From positions 185,854 to 249,853 of IMG/VR virus record IMGVR_UViG_3300025000_000053: a stretch of DNA of 64,000 bases; one strand, written 5' to 3'. The position numbers and the translations under genes are program-made. The notes beneath the pieces were generated by a model. That model was not told the origin of the DNA. It saw only the letters and a list, made by a program, of their open reading frames with translations, and made no database searches. This document shows positions 50,905 through 59,064 of this stretch, piece after piece (within the stretch, counting starts at the first letter, position 1; each line of letters begins with the position of its first letter).

Positions 50905-51666
50905 TTATATTTTTGGTTTCTTCATTTTAACTATAATTTTAGATTTAGGTTGTATCTTATTAATAACAGATTTTTTTACACCTGAAATCTTTTCAATTAT
51001 ATTATTATTTTTAGTTCGGTCCTTCTTTTCAACTATTTTCTTCTTACGTTTGATTTCATTATTAGCATTTTTTATATCTATTTTAATCTGATTAATATCT
51101 CTAATAGATTTAAATAAATCACCTTTATTTAATTTTTTAGAATGAGAATTAAGAAATGATTTTGATAAATACTTACTTCTATTCAGTAATATATGAAAAC
51201 CAATAAAATAAATTGATTTCTCAAAACTTATAATTTCTCCTGGATTTCTAACTATAGGATTTGCTTTAATAACATCAACAGTAAATTTCTTATTGAGAAA
51301 ATCTATTAATAAATCATACTGGTTAAAAGCATATGCATAAGTAAAAGTAAAATTAGGAGAATTTGAAAAGAATTTAACATAATAGTTTTCTAGAGTGACT
51401 TCTCTTTTTAAATCATCATCACCCATAGTAAATAATATTAATACATCATAAGTGTTATTTCTTTCAGTTTCACTTGGTAATAAAAAATGAAAAAGATAAT
51501 CGTCTTTATCCCTATAAATAATAGGTTCAGATATTTTTTTCTTTTTTATTAAACTATAATATCGTTTATTAAGATCGTCTCTAATAAGTTGTCTATTATG
51601 AATTGCAGTACTACCTTTACCCATAGGATTATCAATGTAATCTTTTAACGTTTGAAGTATAAACAA
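50905..51666 (-). CDS. Hypothetical protein with basic C-terminus
   Basis: ORF between the putative specificity factor and the chaperonin. Confidence 0.55.
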   Translation of the reverse strand: MFILQTLKDYIDNPMGKGSTAIHNRQLIRDDLNKRYYSLIKKKKISEPIIYRDKDDYLFHFLLPSETERNNTYDVLILFTMGDDDLKREVTLENYYVKFFSNSPNFTFTYAYAFNQYDLLIDFLNKKFTVDVIKANPIVRNPGEIISFEKSIYFIGFHILLNRSKYLSKSFLNSHSKKLNKGDLFKSIRDINQIKIDIKNANNEIKRKKKIVEKKDRTKNNNIIEKISGVKKSVINKIQPKSKIIVKMKKPKI

Positions 51667-51752
51667 AAGATAATAACCCCCTGTTAGTAATTTTTAAAAT
51701 CTTATCTAGGAATGGTTGCTATTAGCAACCATTCCTTTAGTAATTATAAAAA

Positions 51753-53432
51753 TTATTGTTCTCTATTACTGGTCATAATAGATATATATTGATTACTTGA
51801 TAATAACAAAGATACTATAGATGTTACTGCTTTTAAAATTTCAATATCTGTTTGACATGAATTAATAATATCTTTAGAAAAACAATCATCAATTAAATTC
51901 CAACATTCTTTTTTTTCAATACACTCATTAATTAAGTCGTTAACAACAAAATCAGTTGACTCACCTTTAAACTTATTATATATTACTTTTGAGAATACTT
52001 CAACAAAGGTTTGTCTTAATAATTCAAAGAATTTCTTCTCATTATCAGTAAATTTAATACCTTCATTTAATAATTCATCTATTACAATTGGAATAATTAA
52101 ATTACCACCAATATTATATCCGTATTTAAATGCAGACTCACATGCTTTAACCGCATCTTCAACTAAATCATAATTAGTAGTTTTCATTAGAGATGAGTTA
52201 CCACCAACATTAATTATACCCATTTTACATTTCAATTTTGATACCCTCTGTTTTAAATCATAAATCTGACTATTAACAATATTTAAATTTTGATTCACTT
52301 CTTCAATTTCCTTAAGTTTAGTAATAGCATCATTTAAATATACATCGTAAGTACTTTGTTTCATAGAATTGAAACCTTTAATAATACTCGTTTTAGGACC
52401 AATTGAAATTTTATCTACCTGACCAATATAATGACTAATATAACCATCATTTTCTTTCTCTAAATCATATAAAGTATTTTCACTAATAAGCATACCACCA
52501 GTTAACATACAGAAATCATTATAAAACAGTTGTTGTAAATTATTAAATAGTGCAATTCGTGTATAAACAGTTGAACAAAAACCTGATTTTCTAAATTCTA
52601 TATTTGCTGTTTGTTTTATATGATTTAATAATAAATTGTCATAATGTGGAGCTATTACAACAACTCGTCTATTAGTTGAAATGCCTAATTCAATTATTTT
52701 AGATATAATTTTATCAAAATGAATTTTTTCAATTTTATGATCAAACATAATAATTAACGGATTATCAATTTCACAAATACCAATATCATTTTCTGCAAAT
52801 ATACTATCAAGATAAGTAATATTAGCTCTATAACCTTCAATTATTTCACATGAAGTGATACTTGTCTTAGATGGAGAGAATTCAATATTTGGATTTTCTG
52901 TTTCTTTATATATTTTACGGATTATATCAGATAGGATATGATCTCCATTAGTTGCAATCATTGCCAATTGATATATCTCTTGATAGTCATTGTCTTTAGT
53001 GATTTTTGTAGAAGATTGTAATATTCTATCTGTAATCATTTTAACACAAATAGATAGAATATCAGAAAAATTTCTAGATCTTATCTTTTTCAATTCTTTA
53101 TCAGAATCTAATAATATTAATAATGAATTAGCAGCAACTAAAGAAGAAGAACTACCGTCACCAACCTTAATAACAACTTGTGCGGCTATATTGATTAATA
53201 ACTGTTTAATATTATTATCAATACTATTATTGGAATTAATATTCTTTAATATTTGCCAGCCATCTTTAGTAATGTGCATTTGTCCAAATTGCTCAATTAT
53301 TGTGTTGGACCCATAAGGACCTAAACTTTTTTGTATAGCAGATGAAACTTTATTAAAAATCATATGAATACGTTGTTTAAATTCCTCTTCACTAATAATA
53401 TTCCAATCATTTTTTTCTTCAAAACTAAGCAT
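51753..53432 (-). CDS. groEL: Phage chaperonin (GroEL-like)
   Basis: SLGPYG..ITKDGWQIL..VGDGSSS..EDAVKA..GG. Late motif at 53463-53474. Confidence 0.85.
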   Translation of the reverse strand: MLSFEEKNDWNIISEEEFKQRIHMIFNKVSSAIQKSLGPYGSNTIIEQFGQMHITKDGWQILKNINSNNSIDNNIKQLLINIAAQVVIKVGDGSSSSLVAANSLLILLDSDKELKKIRSRNFSDILSICVKMITDRILQSSTKITKDNDYQEIYQLAMIATNGDHILSDIIRKIYKETENPNIEFSPSKTSITSCEIIEGYRANITYLDSIFAENDIGICEIDNPLIIMFDHKIEKIHFDKIISKIIELGISTNRRVVVIAPHYDNLLLNHIKQTANIEFRKSGFCSTVYTRIALFNNLQQLFYNDFCMLTGGMLISENTLYDLEKENDGYISHYIGQVDKISIGPKTSIIKGFNSMKQSTYDVYLNDAITKLKEIEEVNQNLNIVNSQIYDLKQRVSKLKCKMGIINVGGNSSLMKTTNYDLVEDAVKACESAFKYGYNIGGNLIIPIVIDELLNEGIKFTDNEKKFFELLRQTFVEVFSKVIYNKFKGESTDFVVNDLINECIEKKECWNLIDDCFSKDIINSCQTDIEILKAVTSIVSLLLSSNQYISIMTSNREQ

Positions 53433-53498
53433 AATTTCCTACCCCCATTTATTTTTAGTCTTTAGAACTATGTTTAACACATAATTATTTTTTAATAT

Positions 53499-54185
53499 TT
53501 ACTTAAAATTATAAGGTGAGAATGTTGCAAATTTAAATATTTTTTCTATTAATAAATCTTCTACATTAAACCTTGGTACTAATAAATCTTTTTCATCTAA
53601 AGTAAAATTATACCCATAATTAGCTACAATTATATTAGTATATTCAGATTTATTTAATTCAATAATAATACCAACATCTAAAATATTTCTAAGAATATAA
53701 GTAGTAATACCTGATAAACTTTTAATAACATTAAATAAATTACCAGTAATATATTTAATTTTATCCATATCTTTAAATTCATTCTGTATATCCATATGAA
53801 CTCTTTTATCATATTTTTCAGTATGAATATAAATTTTTTCAGTGAACCTTTGTTTTAACATTACATGTATACTAGAACTTATTATAAGTGGTTCTGACAT
53901 AACAAACATATCATCGAATTTATAAAAAATATCATTTAATGTTTTATTATAATCAAATTCTTTTTTAGATAGATGCTCAATTACATTTATTGTCCTACGT
54001 TCAATACAAAACTTAAGTAAATCCTTCATATTAAATTTATCTATTAATGAAAAATTAATAAAGTCTTCATAAATTTTTCTATATGTAGTTCTCATTTGAT
54101 GTATAATAAAAGGATAAGGGTTTTTAATAATTTCATCATAACATATGAAAATTATTTCAGGTCTTTTAACAAACTCAGTACTCAT
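53499..54185 (-). CDS. Hypothetical protein (weak HAD-like appearance)
   Basis: IIFICYDEII near the N-terminus; catalytic DxD not intact. Confidence 0.45.
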   Translation of the reverse strand: MSTEFVKRPEIIFICYDEIIKNPYPFIIHQMRTTYRKIYEDFINFSLIDKFNMKDLLKFCIERRTINVIEHLSKKEFDYNKTLNDIFYKFDDMFVMSEPLIISSSIHVMLKQRFTEKIYIHTEKYDKRVHMDIQNEFKDMDKIKYITGNLFNVIKSLSGITTYILRNILDVGIIIELNKSEYTNIIVANYGYNFTLDEKDLLVPRFNVEDLLIEKIFKFATFSPYNFK

Positions 54186-54256
54186 TTATAATCATCCTTT
54201 ATTTTAAAGTATAAAAAAAGAATATAATGAAAAAATCATTATATTCTTTTAATAAT

Positions 54257-55042
54257 TTACATAAATTGCTCAATGTCATTAATACCTTCTATATTACTGA
54301 TATCTGGTGGTATTTGAGTATTTGAAGATGAATTAGTATTACTATTAGAGAAAATGTTATTTTGTTTTCCATAGCTACGACCTTCAATACCATGTTTCTT
54401 TGCAATACCTTCCAGATACTTCATAGAAGCTTCTCTATATCCTCTATCAGCATATCTAATAGAATGTGCAACCCCATTCGATATAGTATCCCGACTACTT
54501 TTTAGTAATTTCATAAAAGTAAGTAATTCGGAATGAAGACCAGATGTGATTTCAAATGTTCCTTCTTCTTCATTATAATCATCTACTCGATATGATCTGT
54601 TAAATTCATAACATATACTCATTTCGGGCTTTTTCGTTTCCTCATTCAAATTTTTATATATAGCAACATAAGGTCTGTTACTACCAATAGTTTTATTTCC
54701 CGTTGCAATAACAAATAGAGAACTTGCACCAACAGGAACTCCAATAGATTTAATTTTATTTTCTTTAAGAGCAGGAATAAGTATTTCGACAAAATCATTT
54801 AAAAGAATTGTTACTTTTTCCACCGTAAGTGCTGTTGAAACAGTTGTTTCATAATCAAATACTTTCGACTCAGTTTGTTTATTTTTCTCTAAAGCTGGAT
54901 TCATTTTAATAGAAATTAATTCATTCCAAAATCCAAATGATAAAGCAGATGGGTCGAATCCATCCTTATTTCTAAATTGAATACTTTTAGTATTTACATT
55001 AACAACATTTTTTGAATTATTTTGAGAATTATTATTAAACAT
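54257..55042 (-). CDS. Possible ssDNA-binding protein
   Basis: Beta-rich core with a low-complexity, acidic/hydrophobic C-terminal tail; replication context. Confidence 0.35.
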   Translation of the reverse strand: MFNNNSQNNSKNVVNVNTKSIQFRNKDGFDPSALSFGFWNELISIKMNPALEKNKQTESKVFDYETTVSTALTVEKVTILLNDFVEILIPALKENKIKSIGVPVGASSLFVIATGNKTIGSNRPYVAIYKNLNEETKKPEMSICYEFNRSYRVDDYNEEEGTFEITSGLHSELLTFMKLLKSSRDTISNGVAHSIRYADRGYREASMKYLEGIAKKHGIEGRSYGKQNNIFSNSNTNSSSNTQIPPDISNIEGINDIEQFM

Positions 55043-55089
55043 GTTCTAACCTCCAATATTTTTTACTTATAATAAAGTTCACTATGTTT

Positions 55090-55596
55090 TTAATTATTAA
55101 TAATTTCATATACTTTAGAGTATGATTTTTTTTCTTCTGTCAATACAACTTTATTAAATAAAAAATCTTTTTTCATAGTTATACTGCTTAGAATAAAGTG
55201 CTTAAACCATTTACTGTCTTTCGGATGTTCTAATAAGTTTCTAATAATTGAATATATTGAATATTTGTGACCATTTCTATTAGTCCTTTCAAAAGTAAAA
55301 ATACTTTTATCAGAAAAATCTGGATTTTTACCAAAAACTCGATGTATTTCTTTTAGAAATCTTTTTGACCTCTTTTTTAATAATAAAAATTCCCTACGTG
55401 AACAGTTAGAACCTAATATGCTTTTCTTTCGATTACCTTGTAAAACAATAGTTTTAGCTACCTTATAGATAAAATGACAAGTTTTTTCATTGAGTATATT
55501 AAAAAATCCTACTAAACCTTTTGAGAATTTTGTTAAAACCTCTTTAAGATTATTAGTAGCTTTAACTAATATTTCACTATCAATATTTAAATTCAT
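55090..55596 (-). CDS. Basic hypothetical protein, tandem paralog B
   Basis: MNLNIDSEILVKATNNLKEVL..KKRSKRFLKEIH. Confidence 0.6.
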   Translation of the reverse strand: MNLNIDSEILVKATNNLKEVLTKFSKGLVGFFNILNEKTCHFIYKVAKTIVLQGNRKKSILGSNCSRREFLLLKKRSKRFLKEIHRVFGKNPDFSDKSIFTFERTNRNGHKYSIYSIIRNLLEHPKDSKWFKHFILSSITMKKDFLFNKVVLTEEKKSYSKVYEIINN

Positions 55597-55617
55597 TAAT
55601 TTTTCCTCCTTATATTT

Positions 55618-56055
55618 TTAATTAGTTTTAGGATGATCAAATTCACCATACCAGATGTTATTAAATTTTTCTATATTATTTTTTAATCTATTTATACCAT
55701 AACACCTATTATTCCTATTTAACCATGTAAGATTCCCGTCTAAAAAAGATGGATGTTTCCCATATACCTTATGGATAAATTTTAAAAATCTCTTAGCTCG
55801 TTTTTTCATTAATAAAAATTTTTTACGAGAATGAAATTTTCCACAAAATCCAAATTTGCGATTATGTTTTATTATTTTAATAGCCATATTATAGTAAAAT
55901 CTTAAAGTTAAATCAGATTTTCTAATAAAAAAAGCATTATGAAAATTCATTAATTTTTCAGTAAAATCACAAAATGAATATTTTAGTTTTAATAAAACCT
56001 CTTTAAGATTATTAATAGCTTTAACTAATATTTCACTATCAATATTTAAATTCAT
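55618..56055 (-). CDS. Basic hypothetical protein, tandem paralog A
   Basis: MNLNIDSEILVKAINNLKEVL..KKRAKRFLKFIH. Confidence 0.6.
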   Translation of the reverse strand: MNLNIDSEILVKAINNLKEVLLKLKYSFCDFTEKLMNFHNAFFIRKSDLTLRFYYNMAIKIIKHNRKFGFCGKFHSRKKFLLMKKRAKRFLKFIHKVYGKHPSFLDGNLTWLNRNNRCYGINRLKNNIEKFNNIWYGEFDHPKTN

Positions 56056-56069
56056 TAATTTTCACCCCC

Positions 56070-58351
56070 TTATATTTTTAGAATATTACTATAGTAATCA
56101 TCTTCAGTTGTCTTAATAATTCCAATACCCAAACTATCTAATACACCATGGAACGTAGATAAATTATTATTTATAATTGTACTATAATCAATAAAAGGAA
56201 TTATCCAATTTGGTATCTTAGGTATATTTCTAGGCAAAGCTATAACTTTAACTCCTTTCTCTCTTATTTTCTTATCACTATTATTATATATATTTTCAAT
56301 TATCCTTTCATATATTTCAGGCTCAGATTGTTTTATTTTTTCAATAGAGTTTTCATCCATATTAACCTTAATAATATCAATGTGTTCAGGTAGTTCTATT
56401 GAATTATCAGGATAAGCATAATTCCATGCTAAAACAGCACGGACACCCATTTCTCTTAATGGATCTTTATATGCTTCTAATTCTTTTACTGATTTAGGAA
56501 TTAGAAAATCTTTTTGACCTGATTCTAGAGATATTCTAATTATATTTTCTAATTTTTCTAATTCTTTTAAAACATTAGATATATTAATTTCTTCAGTTGA
56601 TAATAAATGTTCTTTAATAAGATTTTTAAAGAATTTTTCTGTTGCTTCTCTTGTTGATGACTTAACAAAATCTAACGTAGTGTTCACATAGGTCGTTAAT
56701 CTATGCAGTTCTCTTATGAACTTCCCTAAGTTTCCCTAGGATACCAGACTATATCTTCATCCTTATTATATAACTAATAAGGAGCCTCCCATTTCGATTT
56801 AAGGGATTTTCACCCACTCACTTGAGCCCTACTCCTATTGATCATTTCAGATCCAAAGGGATAGTCGTTGAACCTTTCTCTTATATTAGAGACTTGGCTG
56901 CTGATTACCCAATATTTTAGTTTATTACCTTTATCTTAAGGTACTAAAATCTATAAGGATTTTCCAGCAGTTAAAGAGGTTTTCTTTATATATTACTATA
57001 TAAAGGAGCAATATTTATTACCCTTAATATCAACTTTTTCAGGATATATTTCATCTCCTTCTCTTAATCTAACACTACTTATATATCTTTTCTTTTTCTG
57101 TGTTAAAATAAGTCTAGTGAATAAAAATTCATTTTTCATATTTATTTTATGTCTATATCTTTTAGGTATATTTACATCTTTAGTATATTTCTTCAATGTA
57201 TTAGTAACCATATTAGTTATTATATAAGCCAATAAGTTGATAGAAATAAATTTTAATTCAGTTTTATCCTTATTTATTAATTTATCATTAACATCGATAA
57301 TATTATATTTAATAAATTTAACCCATTTATCAATAGTCATAATAGTTGAATCTGTATCTGAACCAACTACAGTTTTTCTTTCATCATATTTTAATCTACG
57401 AATCCTATTATATGGAGAAAAATTAAAGAAAACAAATTCTTTATATAGTTTCCATAATAGTTCTAAATCATCTTTTACGTTATTAGGTATCTTATTAGGA
57501 TTTTTAAATGTATCAATATTTTCTATAATATATGATAATAAGTTTCTTATTTTTCTTAATTTTGAAAATTCAAAAATGTTATTCTTATAGTAAATTCTAT
57601 TAATATCTTTTTGACTTAAAGATAATAAATAATTTAAAATAAAAGAATTATACTCTTTTTTATAATTAAAAAATCTTTTCTTTAAATATTTCATTAATTG
57701 TTTTGAACTAATATTTTCTAAAAAATTATCATTTAAATTTCTTTTTTCCTTAATTACATTAGTTAAAAAAAACACACATTCTTCAAGATTATTAAATGGA
57801 GCATTATTTTCTAAAAAAGTTTCAAAAGCCATTTCAGCTGTAGCTATTAATGATTGGCCGGAGTTTGTAATAGAACTGGCGGTGTATAAATTATAAAAAT
57901 TAGATGTTGGGGCTCCGTTGGACCCGAAGAACGAGTTTGCGTTGGTTTTCTCAGAACCTTGTAACCTATCAAATGTCCCATATTCATAATCATCTTTTGA
58001 ATATTTTTTTAATTGATTTTTATACTCTTTTCTTAACGACATAAAGTTTTCTAGCATAACAGCGGCTGGATTCAATGATTCATCTTGATTTTTAAAAAAT
58101 ACTCCGAATCCAGCAACTATAGGTTTAGTTTTTTTAACCCAATCATATACTGATATTAAATCTACATTAATAGATTTATGAATATAGTTATTATGAATTA
58201 TAGCTTTAGGGTTAATTAAGTTTTTATCTATAATATCATCTAAAACTTTTGATATATCTTTATTTGTTAGTTCAGGATACATTCTTTTAAATATCTCTAT
58301 ATTACTTTCTTTCCAATCTTTTATAAATAAACTTTTAATTTTTTTAGATAT
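56070..58351 (-). CDS. polB: Family B DNA polymerase, C-terminal polypeptide of a split enzyme; exons 58351(or 58282)-57020 and 56675-56070
   Basis: EKTNANSFFG (motif B), GSDTDS (motif C), KKRY, and DIKG-LDFVKSST restored after splicing. Motif A (DxxSLYP) is absent. Confidence 0.85.
56676..57019 (-). mobile_element. Group I intron 3 (344 nt, ORF-less) in the DNA polymerase gene
   Basis: On the minus strand: P aactgctggaaa, Q aatcagcagc, R gttcaacgacta, S aagatatagtct. The exon ends ggt and the intron ends in G; frame restored. Confidence 0.9.
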
Positions 58352-58435
58352 TGTATTTACCTCCTAACATAAAGTTTTTTAGTATAGAATTAATATTTTG
58401 TTATCCAATTTGTTAATTTTTATTTTAATTCAAAA

Positions 58436-58942
58436 ATGCCTATAGAACAATTAATTAAAAAAATGGCATTGAAAGGTTGTGTTGTTATGTTATTCAATAA
58501 GAATGGAAAACAAGATAATTATACTGAAGATTTAACTCCGGATTCATTATCTTTAATTACTGAATGTATGTTAAAAGATGAATTGAGTAAAGAAGAGTTG
58601 GAAGCTTTTTTAGAAGATTCATCTGAAATTAATTCGGCTATGAAAGATGAAGTGTTACTTGAAAAAACTATTGTTAGAATGGATAAGTATGCAAAATTAA
58701 ATAGGGGTCAGAAAATAGCAGTATTTACTATTGCTAGAGAAAAAAAAGACCCCAAGTTTAAGAAACTATTAACTATTTGGAGAATTGAAAGATTTTTGGA
58801 AGCCGAACTTATGAAAAAATATGGTAATGAAGGTATGCGTCGTGCCAAAGCAGCTATGAATAAAAGTAGAACATCAACCTCTAAAATTGTTAAAACAGTT
58901 GCTAATAAAGTTCATAATCAATTTAACACTGGAATTAAATAA
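58436..58942 (+). CDS. Late protein with acidic propeptide-like N-terminus and basic C-terminus
   Basis: Late motif at 58446-58457; likely ATG at about 58487; LITE and VLLE|K motifs. Confidence 0.55.
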   Translation: MPIEQLIKKMALKGCVVMLFNKNGKQDNYTEDLTPDSLSLITECMLKDELSKEELEAFLEDSSEINSAMKDEVLLEKTIVRMDKYAKLNRGQKIAVFTIAREKKDPKFKKLLTIWRIERFLEAELMKKYGNEGMRRAKAAMNKSRTSTSKIVKTVANKVHNQFNTGIK

Positions 58943-58945
58943 TTT

Positions 58946-58981
58946 AAATAATACTAGATGGATATCCATCTAGTATTATTT
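58946..58981. terminator. 36-bp perfect palindrome (terminator candidate)
   Basis: aaataatactagatggat|atccatctagtattattt. Confidence 0.7.
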
Positions 58982-59064
58982 TTTATTCTATGTTCCATGC
59001 CTTAAAATATATATTATTAATACATGAAAAACAAATAAATAATTTAAACTAAAGAAAGGGTGTT

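Noticed and set aside
53499-54185. Active HAD phosphatase linked to nucleotide modification
   Set aside because: The DxD motif is not intact (CYDE), so the resemblance is too weak.
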